DNA of 12,063 nucleotides from Gemmatimonadota bacterium (lineage in GTDB: Bacteria > Gemmatimonadota > Gemmatimonadetes > Gemmatimonadales > GWC2-71-9): assembly GCA_039590195.1 (NCBI GenBank), contig JBDHFY010000209.1, positions 1 through 12,063 of the forward strand, written 5' to 3'. Shown one piece after another: positions 1 through 6,837 of this stretch. Position 1 is the stretch's first letter; the number at the start of each line of letters is the position of its first letter. The position numbers and the translations under genes were made by a program. Below the pieces are notes generated by a model. It did not search any database. It had not been told where the DNA came from and saw only the letters and a list, made by a program, of their open reading frames with translations.

Positions 1-52
1 GTTTTGACGGCGGAACGTTCGTATGGCGGGTCGCAGTGTATGCGCGGGAGGA

Positions 53-88
53 GTAGGGTGTAGGGTATAGGGTGTGGGGTGTTGGGGT
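53..88 (+). repeat. Five tandem G-rich heptads, GTAGGGT GTAGGGT ATAGGGT GTGGGGT GTTGGGGT, containing four or more GGG runs (a canonical G4 motif on the + strand)
   Basis: Read directly in the sequence at 53-88. A second run, GGGTGGGGTGGGG, lies at 153-165. No ORF covers the region. Confidence 0.6.
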
Positions 89-311
89 TTGCTCGACCAC
101 GCCACCCGTGCCTTTGACGATTGCCGCTCCATCCGTACGTTGATGGCTAACTGGGTGGGGTGGGGAAACCTCTGTGTTCTCTGGGATCTCTGTGGCAAGA
201 ATCGCCGAAGGTAGTCCGCGTCAGAAAATTAGGCGACTTGTCTACCGTTGGCGCCACCATGAAGCGGGTTCATCCGCGGCTAAACAACCCCACCGCCATT
301 CCCGGCTGGAC

Positions 312-1763
312 CTATGCCAGCTTTGCAGCTGTGGCAGTGGAAGAGTCGTGTACCCCGTCGCCAACGTCCGCCACCGGAAGCCATAGTGTAAAAGTGCTGC
401 CGGACCCCGGGTGTGATTCGACAGTAATCCGTCCAGATTGAAGCTCGGCCAGGAGGCGCGCGATGGTGAGGCCGAGCCCAGCACCACCATGCGCCCGGCT
501 CCGCGAGGCCTCCAGTCGACAGAAGCGATCGAAGATCCTCTCGGTGTGTTCCGGCCCGATACCGGGGCCGGTGTCCCTCACTTCGACGCCGCCGAGATCG
601 TTCGTCCGTCTGACGGCGATGCTCACCGCACCCTCCGCCGTATACCGCACGGCGTTTGAGATGAGATTGAACAGCACGTGCCTCGTGCGGTCCGGATCGC
701 CGACCACCTGAAGCGGGCCGTTCATATCTCCTTTGATCTCGAGTTCCCGGCTCTCCGACATGGCCACCGCGATCTCGTACACTTCTGCCGCCACTTCCGT
801 CAGATCGAACGGCCGGCGGTCAACCGACAGCTGACCGTTCTCGCCTCTTGCGATGAGCAGCAGGTCCTCCACCATCTTATTGGTCCGCTCGATTTCCTTC
901 TCGATGGCACCGAGGGCCTCGCGCATCTCAACACCGCTGCGTCCTTCTGCCTGCGCCCACTGCGCCTGGGCGCGAATGTGGGTGAGCGGTGTGCGCAGCT
1001 CGTGACTCGCGTCGCCCGTGAACGCATCCAGGGCCTGGTGCGCCCGCTCCACCCGCTCGAGCATCCGGTTGACGCTGTCCGCAAGCTCGGTCACCTCGGC
1101 CTGGCCGGTAGGCGTGTCCACTCGGAGATCCAATTCCTCGGGCCCGATGGCCCGCATAGTGGCGCCTACCTGTCGAAGCGGGGAAAGCGCAGCCTGCACC
1201 GAGCGGCGAGCCCTTCGCCGGGCAAGAAGCGCTGTCACCGGGACCAGGATCGCCGCGGCGGTCAGCAGCAACAGCAGACCGGCGGCGAGCGTTGCCCGGC
1301 TAGCCACCACGTAGATATCAAAGCTATCGGACTTGCGATGGAGCATAACGTACCGCCACCTGGCGCGGTCGCTGATCTCTGCGAGCAGCAGGTCGCGCAT
1401 GGCGTCGGGCGAGGCGGGTCCAATGCCCTCGATGCGCCTGGCCGGCATGTCAGGAGAAAGGAAATACAACTCGCGCATGTCGTCGGCACCGGCTTCTCTG
1501 GTGATGGCAAAGGCGTGCGTCATCCCGACGAGCTGATCGGCGAGCATGGCCGGTGCCACAGTAGTCGGTTCCCCTGCGGGATCCGCGTAGAGGCCGAGCA
1601 ACGATTCGATGACGTCTGCCGTGTGTTCCAGCGACCGCCGCAGCCCGAATTCCGAGACGGCGCCGAAGACGACGATCACCAACAGGGCGTAGCCTGCCAC
1701 TGCTCCCCACACTGTCCGGTTGAACCCGGCCACGAGCTGCGCCTCCAGACGTCGCTCAGTCAT
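312..1763 (-). CDS. Sensor histidine kinase: two TM segments flank a periplasmic sensor domain of about 130 aa, followed by HAMP, HisKA and HATPase_c domains
   Basis: The ORF 312..1943 is trimmed to the ATG at 1763 (MTERRLEAQ...), which overlaps the RR stop as ATGACTGA. The H-box reads ASHELRTPLT and the G-boxes read GPGIGPE and GGAGLGLTIA. Two hydrophobic segments flank the periplasmic region. Confidence 0.85.
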   Translation of the reverse strand: MTERRLEAQLVAGFNRTVWGAVAGYALLVIVVFGAVSEFGLRRSLEHTADVIESLLGLYADPAGEPTTVAPAMLADQLVGMTHAFAITREAGADDMRELYFLSPDMPARRIEGIGPASPDAMRDLLLAEISDRARWRYVMLHRKSDSFDIYVVASRATLAAGLLLLLTAAAILVPVTALLARRRARRSVQAALSPLRQVGATMRAIGPEELDLRVDTPTGQAEVTELADSVNRMLERVERAHQALDAFTGDASHELRTPLTHIRAQAQWAQAEGRSGVEMREALGAIEKEIERTNKMVEDLLLIARGENGQLSVDRRPFDLTEVAAEVYEIAVAMSESRELEIKGDMNGPLQVVGDPDRTRHVLFNLISNAVRYTAEGAVSIAVRRTNDLGGVEVRDTGPGIGPEHTERIFDRFCRLEASRSRAHGGAGLGLTIARLLAELQSGRITVESHPGSGSTFTLWLPVADVGDGVHDSSTATAAKLA

Positions 1764-2439
1764 CCTCGCGCTCCAAGCGATATCCGACACCGCGGACGGT
1801 GGTGATGGGCGCGCGGCGTCCGCCGAAGGAGAGCTTCTTCCGCAGATAGTTGATGTACACGTCCACCACGTTGGTCTCCGTGTCGAACTGGTAGTGCCAC
1901 ACTGCCTCGGCGATGCGGGAACGGGAAACTGTCCGTCCGGCATGCCGCATGAGAAACTCCAGGAGCGCCAGCTCTCGCTCGCTCAAATCCACGATCCGAC
2001 CGCTGTGAGTCACCTGCCGGTGATGGGGGTCGAGCGTGAGATCGCCCACCACCATGAGCGCCTCCTGATGCCGGAGCGCCGCTCGGCGGATCAAGGCATG
2101 AACCCGAGCTAGGAGCTCCGAGAGGTCGAACGGCTTCGTTAAGTAGTCGTCGGCGCCCGTCTCGAGGCCCTCCACTCGCGATTGCAACTCCTCACGGGCA
2201 GTAAGCATCAAGACTGGCGTGTGCACCGACCGCTCGCGAAGCTCTGCCACGACACTGAACCCGTCCCGCACAGGCAACATGAGATCCAACACGATGCATG
2301 CGTAGTCGCGGCTCAGCGCGCGCTCGAGTGCCCTTTCGCCGTCCTCGGCTTCATCGACGGCGTATCCCTCTTCACAAAACGCTTTCTTGAGAAACCGCCT
2401 GAGGGGCCGGTCATCCTCGACCAAGAGAAGTTCCATCAC
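1756..2439 (-). CDS. OmpR/PhoB-family response regulator (REC domain plus winged-helix DNA-binding domain). The C-terminal motif VDVYINYLRKKL resembles the heavy-metal CusR/CzcR/CopR subgroup.
   Basis: The protein is 227 aa, with the acidic pocket LLVEDD, D at LDLMLP, a conserved T in LMLTAR and K in YLTKPF. The C-terminal winged helix has RELALLEFLMRHAGRTVSR ... VDVYINYLRKKL. It lies upstream of, and overlaps, the HK gene. Confidence 0.9.
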   Translation of the reverse strand: MMELLLVEDDRPLRRFLKKAFCEEGYAVDEAEDGERALERALSRDYACIVLDLMLPVRDGFSVVAELRERSVHTPVLMLTAREELQSRVEGLETGADDYLTKPFDLSELLARVHALIRRAALRHQEALMVVGDLTLDPHHRQVTHSGRIVDLSERELALLEFLMRHAGRTVSRSRIAEAVWHYQFDTETNVVDVYINYLRKKLSFGGRRAPITTVRGVGYRLEREDD

Positions 2440-2496
2440 AACAACCTAAGGCCGAGTGGGGGAAAACGGCAGGGTTGGGTCGAAGAGACCGACACT

Positions 2497-2512
2497 ATTA
2501 GAGCGTTCTAAT
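2497..2512. promoter_or_regulatory. Perfect 6-4-6 palindrome ATTAGAgcgtTCTAAT, a candidate response-regulator box in the RR/lipoprotein divergent intergenic region
   Basis: Read in the sequence. It sits in a locally AT-rich intergenic stretch 58-73 nt upstream of the RR ATG (2439), on the other strand. Heavy-metal RR boxes (CusR/CopR type) are similar 6-4-6 palindromes. Confidence 0.3.
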
Positions 2513-2523
2513 GTTCGCTGGGG

Positions 2524-2550
2524 ATTAGAGGAGAATGAGAAACTTCTAAT
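2524..2550. promoter_or_regulatory. Second pair of ATTAGA / TCTAAT hexamers, inverted with a 15-nt spacer
   Basis: ATTAGA is at 2524-2529 and TCTAAT at 2545-2550. This gives four copies of the same hexamer within 55 bp. Confidence 0.22.
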
Positions 2551-2684
2551 AACACACTCAAGGCCCTCCTCCCTCCGGGGCCGTCCCTCTATACTGCGTC
2601 GCGCTTTCATGAGTCAATCGCCATGCCCGATGGGGCTATGATGCCCCGCGCTTCGTACGACGGCCAACCCAAGGAGGAGATTCC

Positions 2685-3437
2685 ATGCGCAACAACGTCT
2701 TTGCCGTGCTCACGATCTCGGCAGTCCTTGTAGGATGCAACGAGAGCATGTCGAGCCTCACCGACCCCGACATGCAGGCCGCCGCTTCGAGCGGCGTCGA
2801 GAACGCCGCGGATGCAGCGGCGCGAACGTATGAGGTCACGATCGAGAACCTCACCGGCAGCCAGCCGTTTTCCCCCGGCATCGTGGCCACGCACACACGG
2901 CAGGAACATGCGTTCCAAGTCGGTGAGTTTGCCAGCGAAGGCATCCGCTTGATCGCCAAGACCGGCTCGCCCGGCACTGCTTTGGCCGAGCTTGGCGGAG
3001 TTCCAGGTGTCGACCAGGTCGTGTCGACAGGGTCCCCGGTGGGTTGCGTCGGATGCTCTGGTCCCCCCAGCACGCTGACGATCCCGATCGAAGCCCGGGC
3101 CAACGCAAACCGCCTGTCGGTGGCGGTCATGCTCATCTGCACGAATGACGGCTTCGTAGGACTCGACGGCGTGCGGTTGCCGGGTGGCTTCAAGCCGGTG
3201 ACATACATGGCCTCCGCGTACGACGCCGGCACCGAGTTGAACGACGAGCTATCGACCAGCATCGTCGACGCCTGCGGCGCCATCGGTCCGGTGGATTTCC
3301 CGGGCGACGGAGACAGCCGGACCGCGACCTCAGAGCCCATCTCACACCACGCGGGAATCCAAGGCGTCGGAGATCTCTCCGCTGCTCATGGCTGGACGGA
3401 TCCGGTGGCCAGGATCACGGTGAGGCGAGTGAAGTAG
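2685..3437 (+). CDS. Secreted lipoprotein with a spondin_N-like (reeler/spondin) domain
   Basis: There is a strong SD (AAGGAGGAG) 7 nt before the ATG. The signal peptide carries a lipobox (LVGC-N). The motifs YEVTIENLTGSQPFSPGIVATH ... FASEGIRLIA ... LSVAVMLICTNDGFVGLDGVRL match the Spondin_N pattern as I remember it. Confidence 0.7.
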   Translation: MRNNVFAVLTISAVLVGCNESMSSLTDPDMQAAASSGVENAADAAARTYEVTIENLTGSQPFSPGIVATHTRQEHAFQVGEFASEGIRLIAKTGSPGTALAELGGVPGVDQVVSTGSPVGCVGCSGPPSTLTIPIEARANANRLSVAVMLICTNDGFVGLDGVRLPGGFKPVTYMASAYDAGTELNDELSTSIVDACGAIGPVDFPGDGDSRTATSEPISHHAGIQGVGDLSAAHGWTDPVARITVRRVK

Positions 3438-3452
3438 GGAGAAGGGAGAGGG

Positions 3453-3664
3453 GAGAAGGGAGAAGGCCCCACCCAACTCCCCGGCCCCTGCTGCCAGCTG
3501 CCTGCGACCAGACGTGAGAGGCCAGCCCGGGGCGCAAGCCCGGGGTTTTCATGTGAGCCACAGATGAACGCGGGTTCGCGCGGATGCGGTTTGAGTTATC
3601 AGAGCTGGCAGCCGGCCGCTGGCAGCTGAGGCGGTGGTTGCGGTGCGGGGCCTTCTCCCTTCTC
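3453..3664. repeat. An 18-bp perfect inverted repeat (GAGAAGGGAGAAGGCCCC at 3453-3470 and its reverse complement at 3647-3664) flanking 176 bp between convergent genes. The right arm overlaps the permease stop codon.
   Basis: Read in the sequence. The left flank also carries a 14-nt direct repeat, GGGAGAAGGGAGAG/GGGAGAAGGGAGAA, at 3437-3464. Inside are CTGCCAGCTGCC / GCTGGCAGCTG sub-palindromes. Confidence 0.55.
3525..3549 (+). terminator. Candidate intrinsic terminator: a 6-bp all-GC stem CCCGGG / CCCGGG with a 7-nt loop (gcgcaag), followed by GTTTT
   Basis: Positions 3526-3531 pair with 3539-3544 and the T-run is at 3546-3549. It lies 88 nt downstream of the lipoprotein stop. Confidence 0.4.
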
Positions 3665-4844
3665 ACTCTTCTCGTAGCGTCGCAGCCGGATCGACTCCCG
3701 CGGCCCGTCGCGCCGGAATGACACAGGCAAGGAGCGCCGTCGCCACAAGACCGACCGTGACGCCTGCAAACGTCACCCCGTCCGTAGGGGAAACCTCGAA
3801 CAGCATGCTCGCCATGAACCGCGTGAGGGCAAGCGCCCCTCCAACACCGATGGCGATACCCAGAACCACGAGCCGCATTCCCCGTCCGACGATGAGGCGC
3901 AGGACGGACTCCGGACCCCCTCCCAGGGCCATGCGGATACCGATGTCCCGGGTGTGCTGCTGCACGAAATACGACATGACACCGTAGATGCCGATGGCGG
4001 CGAGCAAAAGCGCCACGGTGGCGAAACCGGCGATCATCGCCAGGAAGTTCCGCGGCGAATCCAATGCGCTCTCCATCAGTTCTTCCATCGTAGCAACTTC
4101 AGAGAGCGGCAACGTAAGATCCAACTCACGCACGATTGCGCGGACGGCAGGCACAACGGAGAGCGGATCGGTGGCGGTGCGCACAAACAGGATCCTGCTC
4201 CACCAGGTGTTTTGCAGTACCGGCTGGTAGATAGTCCCCCAGCCGGGATCGTCGAGTCCCATGTACTTCACGTCGCCCACCACCCCAATCACGGTCAACC
4301 AGGGACAGTCCGGACGGTTGCAGCCTCCAGAGTGAAGGCGCCTACCGATGGGATCCTCGCCGGGGAAAAAACGCCGCACCCATGCCTGATCCACAAGGGC
4401 CACCCGTGGCGCGCCGGGGCGGTCGCTCTCGTCGAACATGCGTCCTCGGATGAGCGGGATGCCAAGGGCGTGGAAGAACTCCGGCGACACGACAGGCCAC
4501 GGGGCTACCGGCTCGGCTTGCTCAGGCGGCGTCGGTTTATCCTCGAGGTTGAAATTGTTGATCATGCCGATGTAGTCCGGCGGTCTCGAGGAGCCCGAGC
4601 CCACGGCCACGACTCCAGGCAGCGCGCCGACGCGGTCCATGAGCTGTTCCCAGAAGGCGGCTTCCATCGCGGGCGCATCACTGTACGTTGCGCGGGGAAG
4701 AGAGATGCGCGCCGTGAGAAGATTGTCCCGATCGATCCCCGGATCGACGCGCTGCAATCTTGCAAAGCTCGTCAACAACAATCCCGCGCCGATCAAGAGC
4801 GGCACCGCCACCGCGAACTGGGACGCCACGAGCATGCGACGCAC
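3663..4844 (-). CDS. ADOP/MacB-like permease, C-terminal fragment: second MacB_PCD and second FtsX module. It is not an independent gene; the apparent MRRML start is a by-product of the duplication.
   Basis: ORF track 3663..4844. The sequence continues the upstream fragment once 14 bp are removed. Confidence 0.6.
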   Translation of the reverse strand: MRRMLVASQFAVAVPLLIGAGLLLTSFARLQRVDPGIDRDNLLTARISLPRATYSDAPAMEAAFWEQLMDRVGALPGVVAVGSGSSRPPDYIGMINNFNLEDKPTPPEQAEPVAPWPVVSPEFFHALGIPLIRGRMFDESDRPGAPRVALVDQAWVRRFFPGEDPIGRRLHSGGCNRPDCPWLTVIGVVGDVKYMGLDDPGWGTIYQPVLQNTWWSRILFVRTATDPLSVVPAVRAIVRELDLTLPLSEVATMEELMESALDSPRNFLAMIAGFATVALLLAAIGIYGVMSYFVQQHTRDIGIRMALGGGPESVLRLIVGRGMRLVVLGIAIGVGGALALTRFMASMLFEVSPTDGVTFAGVTVGLVATALLACVIPARRAAGVDPAATLREE

Positions 4845-6391
4845 AGCATGCGACGCACACGCTGCGCGCGCAGGCTCCCCGTGGCCGTGCGGCCGCTCGA
4901 GCCTAGAGTTCGCTCGAAATCAGAACGCGTCGCCTGCAGCGACGGAATCAAGCCAAACAACAAGCCGCTCGCCAGGGTAACGGCGATCGTGAACCACAGC
5001 ACCGGTCCGCTGAAGCCGATCTCGGCCGCGCGCGGTACGAAGGTGGATCCGCTGGCAGCCATAACGTCCACCGCAGCGAACGTCAGGACGAGGCCGAGAG
5101 CTGCGCCGCCCGCCGCAAGCAGTGCGCTCTCGGTCAACAGGTGCTGCAGAAGTCTACCGCGCGATGCCCCGAGCGCTGCCCGCACCGCCAACTCTCGGCC
5201 TCGTTGGGTGCCACGGGCCACCAACAGGTTCGCAGCATTCGTCGATGCGATGAGCAGCACGAATCCAACAGCGCCAAGGAGAACAAGCAAGCGCGCACCA
5301 ACGTCTCCAATCACGAACGCGTGAAGGCTCTCGACTCCGTACGTGACGGTGGAGTCAGGGTAGGACGATTTCCAAATGGGGAAGATGCGCTCGTTGATTG
5401 CTCTCAGTTCCTCTTCAGCGACACCAACCTCGGCATCGGGTCGCAAACGACCGAGCACTCGCAGAGAAAACGGCCCCTTCCGCGGTGGCGGCTGCATCTG
5501 CAGGATCGGGAACACCTCGCGCCGCGCCTCGAGGGGGCCAGCGTTCGGCGGAAGCACCCCAACCACGGTGTAGTCGTTGCCGTCGAGCCTTATGAGGCGA
5601 CCGATGGCTTCCGGGTCGCCACCGAGTCGTTCACGCCAAAAGCGGTGCGCGAGAACCGCCGTGCTCTCTGCGCCGAGTACGGCGTCGGCTGGGACGAACG
5701 TACGACCATGGAGCGGCATGATGCCCAACAGGGGGAAGTAAGCGGGTGTCACGAACATGACGAAGATCCGTTCAGCTACCTCGTCTTGGTTGAACGTCGC
5801 CGCGGAGTTGCGGTACGCGGCCACACTCTCGAACGTGGTCTGCTGCTCGTCGATGGCTTGATAATCCACCACCGAGAGCGGCCAGCGGTTGGGCGGGGAG
5901 TCCGTATAGATGCGCACGACTCGCCCGGGTTCAGAATAGGGAAGTGGCTTCAACAACACCGCGTGCACCACACTGAAGACCGCTGCGGTGCCGCCGATTC
6001 CAAGACCCACAGTCAATAGGATCGTGAGGCTCAAGCCGGGAGTCTTGATCAGACTTCTCGCACTGTGGCGAACGTCCCGCAACACATGGCGGATCGTTTC
6101 TCCGAAGCCCCCCGATCGGAGGACGCCCGATGTGGCGCTTGGTCGTGTGAGCTTGCCTGCGCCGAGCCGGTCGGCCAGCAGTCGAATCGGATACTGCATC
6201 GCTTGACGACGATACCAGGCGGCGGCAGCCTCATCACCGTCGCGGACGCGGCGGCGGTCAAAGAGCTCATCGAGGTCGTTCAACACCGCGAAACGATCCT
6301 CCCGGCTCAACAACAGTCTGAGAACCCACCGCACCAGCAGAGGAAGACGGGGGTTCTTCTCTCCGGACGAAGACCGAGGGGTCATGGGCAT
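4793..6391 (-). CDS. ADOP/MacB-like permease, N-terminal fragment: prefix domain, first MacB_PCD and first FtsX module, up to the frameshift
   Basis: ORF track 4793..6427. The start is trimmed to the ATG at 6391, which is coupled to the padR stop. Its last 18 codons, after the duplication, are out-of-frame read-through. Confidence 0.6.
   Translation of the reverse strand: MPMTPRSSSGEKNPRLPLLVRWVLRLLLSREDRFAVLNDLDELFDRRRVRDGDEAAAAWYRRQAMQYPIRLLADRLGAGKLTRPSATSGVLRSGGFGETIRHVLRDVRHSARSLIKTPGLSLTILLTVGLGIGGTAAVFSVVHAVLLKPLPYSEPGRVVRIYTDSPPNRWPLSVVDYQAIDEQQTTFESVAAYRNSAATFNQDEVAERIFVMFVTPAYFPLLGIMPLHGRTFVPADAVLGAESTAVLAHRFWRERLGGDPEAIGRLIRLDGNDYTVVGVLPPNAGPLEARREVFPILQMQPPPRKGPFSLRVLGRLRPDAEVGVAEEELRAINERIFPIWKSSYPDSTVTYGVESLHAFVIGDVGARLLVLLGAVGFVLLIASTNAANLLVARGTQRGRELAVRAALGASRGRLLQHLLTESALLAAGGAALGLVLTFAAVDVMAASGSTFVPRAAEIGFSGPVLWFTIAVTLASGLLFGLIPSLQATRSDFERTLGSSGRTATGSLRAQRVRRMLCVACSWRPSSRWRCRS
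4831..4858. repeat. Perfect 14-bp tandem duplication (AGCATGCGACGCAC twice) inside the permease gene, causing a +14 frameshift
   Basis: Read in the sequence: 4831-4844 is identical to 4845-4858. Confidence 0.9.
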
Positions 6392-6720
6392 CACACCTCG
6401 TCCAACACCGTTTCCACGCCTTCCCACAGGCGAGCCAGTTGGCGGCGAGATTCCTTGAGCCGCCGTATCGCATCCGGGGTCAGCTTGAAGTAGCGCCGGA
6501 CGCGACCGGTCTCTTCACCGGCCTGACCGTCGAACCGCGACGTCAACAGGCCCTTCTTTTCCAGACGTCGCAGCACGATAAACACGGCGGCCTGGGCCAC
6601 CTCCCGGCCGGTGCGTTCCTCCAGCTCTTCCACGACGGGGACGCTGTAGGCTTCGCCACCGAGGCGAAGAACGGTGAGGAGGACCTGGTGCTCGAAATCG
6701 CCGAGGTTTTCTCGTGCCAT
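6391..6720 (-). CDS. PadR-family transcriptional regulator
   Basis: The ORF 6391..6759 is trimmed to the ATG at 6720 (MARENLGDFEHQVLLTVL...), which has a GGAG SD 4 nt upstream. The winged HTH reads ...AAVFIVLRRLEKKGLL...RRYFKLT. Its stop TGA overlaps the ATG of the downstream permease. Confidence 0.85.
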   Translation of the reverse strand: MARENLGDFEHQVLLTVLRLGGEAYSVPVVEELEERTGREVAQAAVFIVLRRLEKKGLLTSRFDGQAGEETGRVRRYFKLTPDAIRRLKESRRQLARLWEGVETVLDEV

Positions 6721-6728
6721 GGGAACTC

Positions 6729-6743
6729 CACTAACATTGTTAG
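6729..6743. promoter_or_regulatory. Perfect palindrome ACTAACA-t-TGTTAGT (7-bp arms) abutting the padR SD, around the predicted transcription start: a candidate PadR autoregulatory operator
   Basis: Read in the sequence. Related copies are at 6776-6788 (TAACAaTGTTA), 6824-6831 (AACATTGT) and 6846-6853 (ATAACAAT). Confidence 0.4.
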
Positions 6744-6745
6744 TA

Positions 6746-6774
6746 CTATGATACGCCACCTAAGGGTGGATGTC
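6746..6774 (-). promoter_or_regulatory. Sigma70-type promoter for padR and the permease: -35 TTGACA (6774-6769), a 17-nt spacer, and -10 TATCAT (6751-6746). The spacer itself contains the palindrome CCACC-taag-GGTGG.
   Basis: The minus strand reads TTGACAtccacccttaggtggcgTATCAT. This places the transcription start just before operator A. Confidence 0.5.
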
Positions 6775-6775
6775 A

Positions 6776-6788
6776 ATAACAATGTTAG
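6776..6788. promoter_or_regulatory. Second operator-like palindrome, TAACA-a-TGTTA, immediately upstream of the padR -35
   Basis: Read in the sequence. It shares its half-site with 6729-6743. Confidence 0.35.
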
Positions 6789-6808
6789 TCAGATGCGGCC
6801 GAGTTGGC

Positions 6809-6837
6809 CTTGACATCGCCTCGCCAACATTGTACTA
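6809..6837 (+). promoter_or_regulatory. Possible promoter for the GntR operon: TTGACA (6809-6814), a 17-nt spacer, and a weak -10 TACTAG. An inverted repeat TATAGaaCTATA (6858-6869) lies in the 5' UTR.
   Basis: The -35 hexamer is perfect and the -10 is a poor match. This is the only AT-rich stretch upstream of the TTG start at 6884. Confidence 0.25.

Larger units (their letters stand above)
3663..6391 (-). pseudogene. ADOP-family (duplicated MacB/FtsX-like) ABC-type permease with a permease-prefix N-terminal domain, two MacB periplasmic core domains and two FtsX 4-TM modules. The reading frame is broken by a 14-bp tandem duplication.
   Basis: The two ORFs 4793..6427 and 3663..4844 overlap in different frames. 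Removing one copy of the 14-bp repeat at 4831-4858 fuses them as ...RAQRVRRML-VASQFAVAVPLLIGAGLLL..., the conserved inter-domain segment of MacB-like permeases. The N-terminus (RLLLSREDRFAVLNDLDELFD...AAAWYRRQAM) is the ADOP prefix domain. The C-terminus (GIRMALGGGPESVLRLIVG...VIPARRAAGVDPAATLREE) is the FtsX tail. The start ATG at 6391 overlaps the padR stop as TGATG. Confidence 0.8.

Noticed and set aside
160-490. Short ORFs (160..441 +, 174..386 +, 242..490 -) at the left edge
   Set aside because: They overlap the HK 3' end or each other and have no RBS and no motifs. Most likely they are noise. The region is treated as intergenic with G-rich repeats.
678-1805. A 375-aa ORF on the + strand, antisense to the histidine kinase
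   Set aside because: It lies fully inside a well supported HK gene on the opposite strand. It has an Arg/Gly/His-rich low-complexity composition typical of antisense frames in high-GC DNA, and no domain motifs.
2636-3340. A 234-aa minus-strand ORF overlapping the lipoprotein gene
   Set aside because: The + strand lipoprotein has a strong SD, a signal peptide with lipobox, and domain motifs. The antisense frame is composition-driven.
3521-3545. GCCCGGGG ... GCCCGGGG read as a perfect 8-bp hairpin
   Set aside because: The two octamers are direct repeats, not inverted. Only the internal self-complementary CCCGGG hexamers can pair, so the call is a 6-bp stem.
4844-4844. The MRRML methionine as an independent start for a 393-aa permease gene
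   Set aside because: The Met codon is created inside the second copy of the 14-bp duplication. The protein lacks the N-terminal half that every MacB/ADOP permease has. It is therefore a fragment and not a gene.
3954-6019. Two long + strand ORFs (3954..5324 of 456 aa and 5141..6019 of 292 aa), antisense to the ADOP permease
   Set aside because: They are Arg/His/Pro-rich shadow ORFs opposite a gene with clear MacB/FtsX homology along its whole length. No RBS or domain support.
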